From a virus: DNA of 33,422 bases. This document shows positions 7,591 to 15,760 of this stretch, one piece after another; the stretch's first letter is position 1, and every line of letters begins with the position of its first letter. The translations under genes were made by a program, and so were the position numbers. The stretch is taken from the IMG/VR virus record IMGVR_UViG_3300038318_000399, one strand, 5' to 3'. The notes beneath the pieces are model-generated. The model saw only the letters and a program-made list of their open reading frames with translations, did no database searches and was not told the origin of the DNA.

Positions 7591-8154
7591 TCAAACAACC
7601 TCCCTCTCCTTCGCACTCTCCGCAAGCTCCGACTTTGACGGCGTAGTGTAATGCTCCTGGATCGTCCGGAGCGTGTCCCCGATGATCTCCGCGACCTCCT
7701 CCGGCCGCCACCCGGCCGCCTGCATAAACTTGATCGCCGTCGCCCGGAGCGCGTGGAACGGCCTCTCCTCGATACCGGCGATCTGGCAGACCTTTTGAAA
7801 GCGGTTGTATGCCTGCCGGTCTTTGAACGAGAACACTGTCTTCTGTGCCTTCGGCTGCGTGTTCCGCAGGATCATAAGCTCTTGTGCGAGCTTCGGTCCG
7901 ATCGGGACCGCCCGTAGCCGGTTGCCCTTCTTCTTCTCCTGGTAAGTGACGGTCGCGCTCTCCGGATCCCGGATATCAATGTTCGCCCACTCGAGCCGGA
8001 CGATATCGGAGCGCCGTAGGCCGAGGGTGCAGCCGACCATGATGAGCACCCGATCCTCTAGGTTCTGGCAGGCGGCCAGGGCTTTGTCGTACTCTTTCCG
8101 GGTCAGGGCGTATTCGCCGGTTCGGTAGGGGGCGGCTTTGTTGTGCGGTTTCAC
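7591..8154 (-). CDS. int: Minimal tyrosine recombinase/integrase (catalytic domain only)
   Basis: LGLRRSDI (R), FHALR (HxxR), IIGD...QEHY (Tyr); GTG start after GGGGAG. Confidence 0.9.
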   Translation of the reverse strand: MKPHNKAAPYRTGEYALTRKEYDKALAACQNLEDRVLIMVGCTLGLRRSDIVRLEWANIDIRDPESATVTYQEKKKGNRLRAVPIGPKLAQELMILRNTQPKAQKTVFSFKDRQAYNRFQKVCQIAGIEERPFHALRATAIKFMQAAGWRPEEVAEIIGDTLRTIQEHYTTPSKSELAESAKEREVV

Positions 8155-8167
8155 TCTGTTCTCCCCT

Positions 8168-8575
8168 CTACTCCGCACAGAAGGCCCCTAAGTCGGCCTG
8201 CCGCTGTTCTGCTTTTGCGCCGGCCGCTTTCCGGGCTCGCCGCTCCTGGTCGGTCGGATAGAGGATCAGCTTCCCCGTCTCGGAGTTAAACCAGACACTC
8301 CCATTTGACCCGCTCGCCATGTCGTCGCCATCCGGACTGGCGGACCGGGTGATCGCACCCCGGATCTCTTCGGCGTCGATGATCATCCACCAGCCGCAGC
8401 CGGTGCAGTCGAAGTGCCGGAGCGGGTGACGTTCGCCGGATTGGGACTGTGAGATGTGCCCGTCACAAATTGGGCAGCGGTCGAATACAAACGGAATGTC
8501 CCGGGCTCGGGATACCGCTACAGAGAGCTCACTGAGAGCCCTGGCGATTGTTTCAGAGTTTCTTCTTCTTGCCAT
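8168..8575 (-). CDS. Zn-finger protein upstream of integrase
   Basis: CPICDG...CTGCGW. Confidence 0.7.
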   Translation of the reverse strand: MARRRNSETIARALSELSVAVSRARDIPFVFDRCPICDGHISQSQSGERHPLRHFDCTGCGWWMIIDAEEIRGAITRSASPDGDDMASGSNGSVWFNSETGKLILYPTDQERRARKAAGAKAEQRQADLGAFCAE

Positions 8576-8763
8576 AGTCTACACCTCACTTATTGCCGCT
8601 TTCAGTTCCATAAGAGTAATAATGTGCCAAACATTAATATACCTTTCGAGCATAGTAATGGTTATACTGCCTTTACTGCAGAGTTTAGGCAATCAGGGTG
8701 GTGAGTTAAAGAGTATGACTGAGAACGATCCGATCCTCGATGTTTACAGAGGCCGACATCGCA

Positions 8764-8931
8764 ATGAGCCCCTATATCCCACCCATACTGCTCCTCGCGC
8801 TGGCAGTCCCGTTCTTCTTGCTCAACTGGTGGTGGACCTCGATGATCTACGGGGTGTTCCGGGTCCCGATGACGGGATTAAAAGAGTGGCTCGCGGAATC
8901 AACCCCTTACCGGAGGTTGCATGAAACATAA
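8764..8931 (+). CDS. Small membrane protein
   Basis: PPILLLALAVPFFLLNWWW hydrophobic helix. Confidence 0.5.
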   Translation: MSPYIPPILLLALAVPFFLLNWWWTSMIYGVFRVPMTGLKEWLAESTPYRRLHET

Positions 8932-9136
8932 CCAAAGCCTAATCACCCTGGCCCTCGTCGCCGGGGCCCTGGTGGGGGCGGTGCAGACCATCGCCGGCAA
9001 CCCCTCCGCAGCCCTCACCGGCCGGCTGGCGGGCGAGTTCCTCGGGGCGGCCGTGATCTATGGGGCGGTGTTCTGGGTCCTCCTGCAGGTGATTTATAGA
9101 TCCTCATGGGCCGGGGCGCCAGAGCAAAAAAGATAA
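8921..9136 (+). CDS. Small 2-TM membrane protein
   Basis: GGAGGT RBS; two hydrophobic helices. Confidence 0.65.
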   Translation: MKHNQSLITLALVAGALVGAVQTIAGNPSAALTGRLAGEFLGAAVIYGAVFWVLLQVIYRSSWAGAPEQKR

Positions 9137-9352
9137 TCACCGCCCCTCACGTTTATATCGCTCCCTTCTCTCCTGCTTGATCCGCTCCCGATACTCCGGG
9201 TCGGTCGCATACCGCTCCTTCGCCCGTGCATCGACGCACTCCGCACACCAGGACATCCGCCCTTGCTTCCAATATGCTCTCGGCCGGAACGCGGACAGGG
9301 GGAGGGTCCGCCCGCATTGGGTGCAGTTCTTCACCTCATCCTCATCGGTCAA
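9137..9352 (-). CDS. Zn-binding basic protein (like N-terminal modules of phage HNH proteins, no nuclease domain)
   Basis: CTQCGRTLPLSAF...WCAEC plus basic helix. Confidence 0.65.
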   Translation of the reverse strand: MTDEDEVKNCTQCGRTLPLSAFRPRAYWKQGRMSWCAECVDARAKERYATDPEYRERIKQERRERYKREGR

Positions 9353-10130
9353 GGGCGGCCCCCCGTAGATCTCCGTGCGAAATCTCGCACTTATCGATAT
9401 ACACCGTGATATGGCAGTCCGGACAGGTCGTCCGGTGCTGCGACCCCCCGCGATACAACCACGAGTGACCGCACTTGTGGCATCGCAGCGGGATCCCCTT
9501 CATCCGGCGGGCGTGCTCCTCACAGTACGCCCGCACCTCCTCGATGCTCTCCACCTCGTCGGCCCCCTCCCCTACGAGGGCCTGCCCCTGCTTGTCCACA
9601 GCCCACACCGGATACGCAGTATCGACCCCCTCCGGGATCGGGGCGGACGGGAGCGCGTCCATCCGTACGTAGTCCTCCGCTCCCACTCTCCGGTCGGCCC
9701 GGTCGCCAATCGCATCCAGCCGCGTGAGCAGCCCCACCAGCTCGGATATGTCCTCCGTATCCCAGGCTCGGACCTCCCGCGCGATTATCCGGGCGGCCCG
9801 GTCGAGTACCTCGAGGTACGCGGCCCGGTCGATCCCCTCCAGGGAAAAGAGGGCCTCGTCGTACTCGTCCTCCACCCTGACCATCGCCGCGGACGGGATG
9901 GTCGGCAGGTGTTCGGTCGCGTCCATCTCCGTCCCGATCATGTGCTCGGCGCACTCAGTCAGGGGGGCGAGCCAGAGCTCGAGGAGCATCTCGTCGCGCT
10001 CGCTCGCTGTGAGCGAGTCGAGGACCTCGATCCCTTCCTCATCCAGTGCGAGGTACTCCCGCGCTTCATCGTAGTCGAGCCGGACCACGATCGCCGGCTC
10101 GCCGTTCCAGGTTGTTGTTTCGGTCTTCAT
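9342..10130 (-). CDS. Acidic protein with C-terminal Zn ribbon (262 aa)
   Basis: GGAGTGGTGA RBS, MKTETTTW start; RCHKCGH...TCPDC. Confidence 0.75.
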   Translation of the reverse strand: MKTETTTWNGEPAIVVRLDYDEAREYLALDEEGIEVLDSLTASERDEMLLELWLAPLTECAEHMIGTEMDATEHLPTIPSAAMVRVEDEYDEALFSLEGIDRAAYLEVLDRAARIIAREVRAWDTEDISELVGLLTRLDAIGDRADRRVGAEDYVRMDALPSAPIPEGVDTAYPVWAVDKQGQALVGEGADEVESIEEVRAYCEEHARRMKGIPLRCHKCGHSWLYRGGSQHRTTCPDCHITVYIDKCEISHGDLRGAALDR

Positions 10131-10160
10131 AATCACCACTCCCGCCCGGGGCGGGGAAAT

Positions 10161-10210
10161 GCGGCCCCGGGCTTCGAACCCGGGCGGGGCCTGGCTACCC
10201 TCGCCGCTCA
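10161..10210 (-). repeat. 50-bp tRNA-like repeat, copy 1
   Basis: TGAGCGGCGAGGGTAGCCAGGCCCCGCCCGGGTTCGAAGCCCGGGGCCGC; T-arm-like hairpin. Confidence 0.8.
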
Positions 10211-10377
10211 ACAAACTCAACAAGCGACGCAAGATCCTCAAACTCACAGTCTCGAATCTCCTCTGCAGTTAGATCCGGGGCGGTGAAGAGCGAAAGGTTG
10301 CTCTCAGTGTTCCGGGCGTATCCGTGCAGATTCATCCATCGGGCGCGAAGCCACTCAATTTCAGTTTTGTAGATCAT
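10195..10377 (-). CDS. Small hypothetical protein (60 aa)
   Basis: GAGGTGA RBS; stop lies inside the tRNA-like repeat. Confidence 0.6.
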   Translation of the reverse strand: MIYKTEIEWLRARWMNLHGYARNTESNLSLFTAPDLTAEEIRDCEFEDLASLVEFVERRG

Positions 10378-10432
10378 TCTCTCTCACCTCACAGTTAGCC
10401 CCGAAGGGCAATTCCTAACGGATTTTCTGAAA

Positions 10433-10482
10433 GCGGTCCCGGGCCTCGAACCCGGGCGGGGCCTGGCTACCCTCGCCGCTCA
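10433..10482 (-). repeat. 50-bp tRNA-like repeat, copy 2
   Basis: 2 mismatches vs copy 1; immediately follows stop of 10484-10906. Confidence 0.8.
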
Positions 10483-10483
10483 C

Positions 10484-10906
10484 TCAGTCCAAAACATCCA
10501 CGCGCACCGGGCGATCCCAGTCGCACGCATCGCCCTCGTCCTGCACGTAGGGATCGTACTCCTTGCGCTCGACCCAGTAGACTTGAGCAGACCGCCCGGT
10601 CTCGATCTCCGTTGCAGAGGCCGCGTATGCGTCCTCCAGGAAGTGGCCATCTGGGAATTCGATCCGGCCCACACAGTAAGCCTGCTGTGTGAGACCGTAG
10701 GTCCGCCCCCCGAACTCGACCCACCCCTCCTCATACTCCTGCGCAGCGTCATACTCAGACAAGACCTGCTCGCTGGTGTGCTGGAGCAGGTCCGCGTTCT
10801 CCCGCTCGTCCTCATCGAGGAGGGCGATCCGGTGTTCGTAAATTCGGTTCAGGGTTGCGAGGTCGTACGCGGAGTACCCCTCTGTGTTTTCGGTCGTGTA
10901 CTGCAT
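10484..10906 (-). CDS. Acidic hypothetical protein (140 aa)
   Basis: Own promoter copy; very D/E rich. Confidence 0.75.
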   Translation of the reverse strand: MQYTTENTEGYSAYDLATLNRIYEHRIALLDEDERENADLLQHTSEQVLSEYDAAQEYEEGWVEFGGRTYGLTQQAYCVGRIEFPDGHFLEDAYAASATEIETGRSAQVYWVERKEYDPYVQDEGDACDWDRPVRVDVLD

Positions 10907-10950
10907 GATCTTTCCTCTACTACATACTATGTATGCAAACTATAAATAAG
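10904..10950 (-). promoter_or_regulatory. Duplicated promoter/leader with operator, copy 1
   Basis: 34 bp identical to 11992-12025; TACATA-N-TATGTA palindrome; TTTATA box upstream. Confidence 0.75.
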
Positions 10951-10953
10951 TTT

Positions 10954-11781
10954 CTATTGTTGCGCTCCCTGCAGGATCCCCCGGAGCGCAACACTGTATC
11001 TCTCTCCCCGGTAGCTTTGCCAGCATCCATTTGAGGGGGACCAGCGGAACCCGGCCCGCTTGAGCGCGGCCCGGACCTCATCGGAGGGCTTGCCTGGGAA
11101 AAACGCTTGTAGCCGGTTATCCTCTACACTGTCCACGACCCGCACCTCTCCGACCTGCTGCTCTGCGGTCTCGTCCGCTGCGGCCCGCTCCAGGGTAACG
11201 ATCCGCTGCTTGAGTCTCCGGATCTCCGCGTTAGAGTTGGTCAGCGCGTACCCCGGGACCCCGACCCGGCCCCCAAAGTCAGGGACGAAAAACTTACGGG
11301 AGAGCTCCTCAGAGAACCCGGCCGCGATGAGGTCCCGGATTTTCTCGTCCTCGCTGTACCCCTTCCTCCGGGAGAGAACAATTTTGTTCGCCCGGACCAT
11401 CTGCTCGTGGAGGTTCTCCAGGTTGGTGAGTTTCTCCCGCAGTTTCCGCACCGCATCGGGATCGTCAGAGCTGATCGCGTGGCCGTTCTCCAGCCGATCC
11501 GCTTTCTCCTCATAGTACTGTGCGGTCTTGTCGAGCTCGAACCCCTTAGAGTATGTACTCTGGATCCGGCTGCGATAGTTGCGATCGCGCTGCTCGGAGT
11601 GGTGGCCCACCAGGATCGGCTGTCCCAGGGGGATCGCGTCGGCCATCGACCGCGCCCGGTCGAGGGTGGCCGCAGCCTCCCCGCGCTTCTGGTCTGCAAT
11701 CTCCCGGTACTTCTCGATCTTGGCCGATTTGCGGGCCTCGTAGGAGTTCTCAAAAGTTGTTTGCACCGTCTCCATTCTCAC
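10954..11781 (-). CDS. DUF3560-family protein
   Basis: IPLGQPILVGHHSE signature; C-terminal FFPGKPSDEVRAALKRAGFRWSPSNGCWQ. Confidence 0.85.
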   Translation of the reverse strand: MRMETVQTTFENSYEARKSAKIEKYREIADQKRGEAAATLDRARSMADAIPLGQPILVGHHSEQRDRNYRSRIQSTYSKGFELDKTAQYYEEKADRLENGHAISSDDPDAVRKLREKLTNLENLHEQMVRANKIVLSRRKGYSEDEKIRDLIAAGFSEELSRKFFVPDFGGRVGVPGYALTNSNAEIRRLKQRIVTLERAAADETAEQQVGEVRVVDSVEDNRLQAFFPGKPSDEVRAALKRAGFRWSPSNGCWQSYRGERYSVALRGILQGAQQ

Positions 11782-11994
11782 TCACTCCGTGGCCCCGCAG
11801 GGGGTTGTTTGGTAGTTCCGGATCTCCGGATTGTACCACTTGTGTTCTACCTTCACGATCCGGCGATCCGCATCAGTCACCACAGTTTTAAGCACCCGGG
11901 GGTACCCGCGGAGCTGCTCCGCGGATTTGAAGAACACGATCTCTCCTCCATGCTTTGACTCAGCTGTTGAGTAGTTGATCCAAGTTTCGGTCAT
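11782..11994 (-). CDS. Hypothetical protein (70 aa)
   Basis: First gene after promoter copy 2. Confidence 0.7.
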   Translation of the reverse strand: MTETWINYSTAESKHGGEIVFFKSAEQLRGYPRVLKTVVTDADRRIVKVEHKWYNPEIRNYQTTPCGATE

Positions 11995-12040
11995 GATCTT
12001 TCCTCTACTACATACTATGTATGCATAGTATTTATTACTT
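11992..12040 (-). promoter_or_regulatory. Duplicated promoter/leader with operator, copy 2
   Basis: catgatctttcctctactacatactatgtatgca identical to 10904-10937; AT-rich TATA-like region upstream. Confidence 0.75.
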
Positions 12041-12306
12041 TCTGTTATGTTCCCCCCGGCCCCCTACATGGTACCTCCCCGGCCCCGGGCTCGCGAACCA
12101 CTCCCCCGCACACTCCCGGCCCCCGGTCGGGGAGCAGGGAGATACTTTTATCTCCATCGGGACCCCACTATCAGACTAGAGCGGCCGAGTGGCCCGGCGA
12201 GGTGCACGAATGGGAAAGCAGAAGGTCAGCGGCCACCTGCGGAGCGTCCCCGGACGGAAACAGAAGGTCCGGGTGAAACCCTACGAACGAAAGGTAAGGA
12301 AGTAAC

Positions 12307-12549
12307 ATGGCAAAAGCGAAGGGCTCAACTAAAAAGGCGAGCACAACCAAAAAGAAGAGCGGACAGACGAAGATCGGTGCCTACGGGCGGCGGGTCCTGA
12401 AGGCGACGTACAAGCAGACCGGAACCTCCTCGACGGTCCGGGACAAGAAGCGGAAAGCGATGCAGCCGGGCAAGCGGCGCAGCGCGAGCGGCCGCACCTA
12501 CACCGAAACGCGGAAGAACCGATCGGACCTCCGGGGATCCCGGGTCTGA
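12307..12549 (+). CDS. Very basic small protein, candidate genome-binding/core protein
   Basis: 80 aa, K/R-rich throughout with almost no acidic residues. Confidence 0.75.
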   Translation: MAKAKGSTKKASTTKKKSGQTKIGAYGRRVLKATYKQTGTSSTVRDKKRKAMQPGKRRSASGRTYTETRKNRSDLRGSRV

Positions 12550-12766
12550 TCGTTTTTGCGCCATACTGATAAGCAAATCCCCTCTCTTTTAGTGAAAACG
12601 CAGATACACGCTCCGATTAGCAATCAAACAGAATTGGTTGCTCCGATTCGGCACCTTCACAGACGCCCTAAAACCGACGATCTCCGGGCGGGTGGAGTGA
12701 TACACCCTCCCATTTTTCCCGCCCCCTTAAATCGCCGTGATACTCAAAGATTTGGGCTCGGATTAA

Positions 12767-15082
12767 TCAGAACCCTCCGACCTCGAAGAAGTCCGCCGGC
12801 GGCCCGGCCACCGGGGACCGGCGGGAAGATTTCTTCCCCTTCTGCCGGGCGGGAGCGTCAAGCGGCCCCACGCCGAGGGAGAACTCGATATCCGGGACGG
12901 GGTTGGTGACAAGCCAGTCATACGCCGTCCGCGCTTTTCGCTTCCGCCCCTTCTTCTTTCCCGACCGCTCCGCCTCATCGAGCCGGAAGCCCCGGGGCGC
13001 AGGCTCGTCCCGGAAGAGTCCCGGGACCCTGCCGGGGATCCCCCCCTCACGAGGTCTGCCACCGCCCCGGCTCTCTTCGCGGGGACGCGGGGGCCGGGGA
13101 TCCACTTCCCACGGCCGCGACGGGCGGGACCCCTGGCGGACGGCATCCGGCTCCCGACGACCGGGCCGGATCTCCTGGTCCGGGCCGCGTATCGCCCGGT
13201 CGAGGGATGCCCTATCCGGACGCACTGCACCGCTCCCCCGGGCCTCGGTCGGCCGAGTCTGCCGGGCCGGCCGGACGGTGAACGTTCCTTTGGGCACATC
13301 CATAACTCCCCGGGTCCGAGTGCCAGGTGCATCCCGGCGGCCGGAGGCCGGACGGGTCGGGGGGCCGGCGAGCACCTCCTCAACCGTCACCGAACCCCGC
13401 CGGCGGCGGCTCGTCTCGGCCGCTCCTGCAGCTGGGGCCGCCAGCGGGCCAGAGGTGAGATCCGGCAGGCTCGGCAGCTTCGCCCGGATCCCGGGGATAT
13501 CAAAGAGGATCGGGGGCGGCGGTGCCTGCGGGACCGGGCTGGTTGAGAACTCCATGATCTCGAGGAACTCCCCGGTTGCAGGGTGGATCGTGTAGGAGCT
13601 CCCCCGGGTCACGCCGAACCGCTGGAAGAACCGAGACCGGCCGCTATGCACAGGATACAGCCGCGTTCCGGGTTTCACGACATACTCGTGCTCCGCGATC
13701 CCCTTCCACTCGAATCCCGATATCGGTTTCGGGGAGACAAGGATCTCCCCTCGCGGAGCGTTGAGGTACTCCTCATATGCCGCGACGGAGAGGTGCTGCT
13801 GCAGGTCGCGGGGTACTCGCTCCCCGCTCTGCCGGAGTGCTTCCCGCTCCTTCGCCATCGAGGTCAGCCGATCGGGGATATCCCGAACAGTGCCGCGAAC
13901 CTTCAAAAACCCGCCCGACGAGAACGGGCCGTATCCGGTATCCGGCGGCCCAAGGAAGAGAGCGTGTTCCACGGCACCGAACGCCGGATCGACCTTGCCC
14001 CGCTCCAGGGCGGCAGCGGCCGCCCGGGTCTCCGGGATCGCGGAGGGCCTGTGGCCAGCGACCTCCAGCCGCCCCTCTTTCACCCCCATCTCCAGGAAGT
14101 CCCGGGAAGTGCCGTGGTAGTAGTTCCGGGGCACCTCGAAGACATCCGGAGCTAACTCAAACTTCGTGGACCCTCGCAGGGTGGGATGATACTTCATAGG
14201 GTTCTGCCACCGGGTGATCGCCTCGATCGGTCCCGGCGCTCCGGTGTAGACGTTCATCCCGCGCTCGAAGAACGGATCGAGGTGCGCGACACCCCGCAGG
14301 GCCGTAGCTCCGGCCCGCTGCTTGAGCGGAGCGGCCTTTCCCCCTATCACCACGCCGGCAGCCATCTCCCCGACGAACCGGGCAGGGTTCTCCTGTGCGG
14401 CCTGGACGGTCCCCGCACCGACCGCCACGAGACCGCCGGCGGTCATCCCTGCAGCTCCGGCCGGGTCCCGGAGAGCCATCCGTGCCGCTCGCTCAGCGCC
14501 GAGCGGGGCAGCGGTGACGAACTCGATCGTATGCTGCGGCATATCAACCGCTGCACCTTTGGCGAGATCGTGCCCGATATCCCCCTCCCAGTTCGGCCGG
14601 AGGCGGGTGCCCCCTCCGGTGAGCGGGCCGGCCGTCACCGGGACGACCTGCCCACCCTCAAATCGGTGGAGCGTCCGGGGGCCGAGGTAGGGGAGCGAGT
14701 CGATCGCCTGGGATATGGCCGGCGCTGCGTTCTTCGTCCACCACTGACTCGCCCCTACTCCGGCATCATAGATCGGTTTGGCGATGTCCTGCGAGGCCCT
14801 CTGCTGCGCTGGCTGCACCGGCCGGGCCGCGATCGGCTGCTGCTTCGGGGCGAGTGCCTTCTTCAGCTGCTGCACCGGCTGCACGGGTTTTGGGGTCGGC
14901 TGCCGGGCCGGGGTCGTGGCGACAGGGGTGGAACGTCTCCGACCGTGGGACACTGTTGCCAGCTCCTGCCGGGCCGGCGCGGTCTGCACTGGAGTCTGTA
15001 CCAGGGTTTGTACCGGCGCCCGCTTTGGGGCGAGCGCCTGCCGGACGTTCCGGCCCTGCTGCACGAACCAATCAAGTGCCAT
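12767..15082 (-). CDS. Large putative internal virion protein; possible ADP-ribosyltransferase-like domain
   Basis: 771 aa; Q/P-rich N-terminus, Gly/Ala hydrophobic stretch, YYHGTS...EHEYVV region, R/P-rich C-terminus. Confidence 0.7.
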   Translation of the reverse strand: MALDWFVQQGRNVRQALAPKRAPVQTLVQTPVQTAPARQELATVSHGRRRSTPVATTPARQPTPKPVQPVQQLKKALAPKQQPIAARPVQPAQQRASQDIAKPIYDAGVGASQWWTKNAAPAISQAIDSLPYLGPRTLHRFEGGQVVPVTAGPLTGGGTRLRPNWEGDIGHDLAKGAAVDMPQHTIEFVTAAPLGAERAARMALRDPAGAAGMTAGGLVAVGAGTVQAAQENPARFVGEMAAGVVIGGKAAPLKQRAGATALRGVAHLDPFFERGMNVYTGAPGPIEAITRWQNPMKYHPTLRGSTKFELAPDVFEVPRNYYHGTSRDFLEMGVKEGRLEVAGHRPSAIPETRAAAAALERGKVDPAFGAVEHALFLGPPDTGYGPFSSGGFLKVRGTVRDIPDRLTSMAKEREALRQSGERVPRDLQQHLSVAAYEEYLNAPRGEILVSPKPISGFEWKGIAEHEYVVKPGTRLYPVHSGRSRFFQRFGVTRGSSYTIHPATGEFLEIMEFSTSPVPQAPPPPILFDIPGIRAKLPSLPDLTSGPLAAPAAGAAETSRRRRGSVTVEEVLAGPPTRPASGRRDAPGTRTRGVMDVPKGTFTVRPARQTRPTEARGSGAVRPDRASLDRAIRGPDQEIRPGRREPDAVRQGSRPSRPWEVDPRPPRPREESRGGGRPREGGIPGRVPGLFRDEPAPRGFRLDEAERSGKKKGRKRKARTAYDWLVTNPVPDIEFSLGVGPLDAPARQKGKKSSRRSPVAGPPADFFEVGGF

Positions 15083-15084
15083 CC

Positions 15085-15393
15085 TTACCGCCCCTCATAG
15101 ATTGAGTAGTCGTCCCCGTATCGGTCGTAGCGTTTCCGCTGGTGGAGGGTCACGACGAAGATCGCCACGCCGAGCAGGGGGATCAGGTACATCAGGAGGT
15201 AATAGAGGTTGATCGCCAGGTTGATCGTGCCGCTCTGGTCCCACTCTGCCGGGACATCGTAGACGCCAGCCATCGTGAGTCCGTCCACGAGCGTATCGAG
15301 GATCGTCCCGCCGGCGAAGCTCATCATAACGCCGACCGCGATCGTCACGATCATGATAATGAACCCCTGCCACACGGCACTGAAACTAGTCAC
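15085..15393 (-). CDS. Two-helix hydrophobic protein, capsid/envelope candidate (102 aa)
   Basis: GGAGGAG RBS then GTG; two TM helices; N-Q-S sequon in loop. Confidence 0.7.
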   Translation of the reverse strand: MTSFSAVWQGFIIMIVTIAVGVMMSFAGGTILDTLVDGLTMAGVYDVPAEWDQSGTINLAINLYYLLMYLIPLLGVAIFVVTLHQRKRYDRYGDDYSIYEGR

Positions 15394-15655
15394 TTGGATT
15401 CTCCTCCAGTGCTCTGATGTATGCCCAGTACCCGATACCGAGGAGCCCGATGATCGGGATGGCGCCGAACCATCCGAGCCCCCACCCCACTGCTCCGGCC
15501 GTCTGCACGCCGACCTTACCATCTCCTATGAGGTCGTTGGCGGCCCCGATCACCCCGTTCATCGCCGGGGTGAAGCAGATGAAGATCAGCGCGACCATGC
15601 CGAGGAACATCACGACCGCGATTAACCCATATGCAATGCCTTCGTCGTTTTTCAT
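15386..15655 (-). CDS. Two-helix hydrophobic protein, capsid/envelope candidate (89 aa)
   Basis: MKNDEG followed by hydrophobic helix, loop, second helix. Confidence 0.75.
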   Translation of the reverse strand: MKNDEGIAYGLIAVVMFLGMVALIFICFTPAMNGVIGAANDLIGDGKVGVQTAGAVGWGLGWFGAIPIIGLLGIGYWAYIRALEENPSD

Positions 15656-15760
15656 GCTTTTTTCGTCCTCCTCTGCCCGGCGGCCGGGAAAGAAAGTTTT
15701 GGTTTTTGTATTTGTACAATACTATACGCCGGTGGGAGCCTCGTCATCATCATCACCGAC

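Noticed and set aside
9375-10286. Long antisense ORFs in the track (also 12903-13595, 14186-15100, 21361-22386, 11407-11958, 16109-16756)
   Set aside because: Shadows of real genes in GC-rich DNA: no RBS, R/P/G-biased composition, fully overlapping better-supported ORFs
10161-10482. Functional tRNA genes
   Set aside because: Only 50 bp with no anticodon arm; kept as tRNA-like repeats
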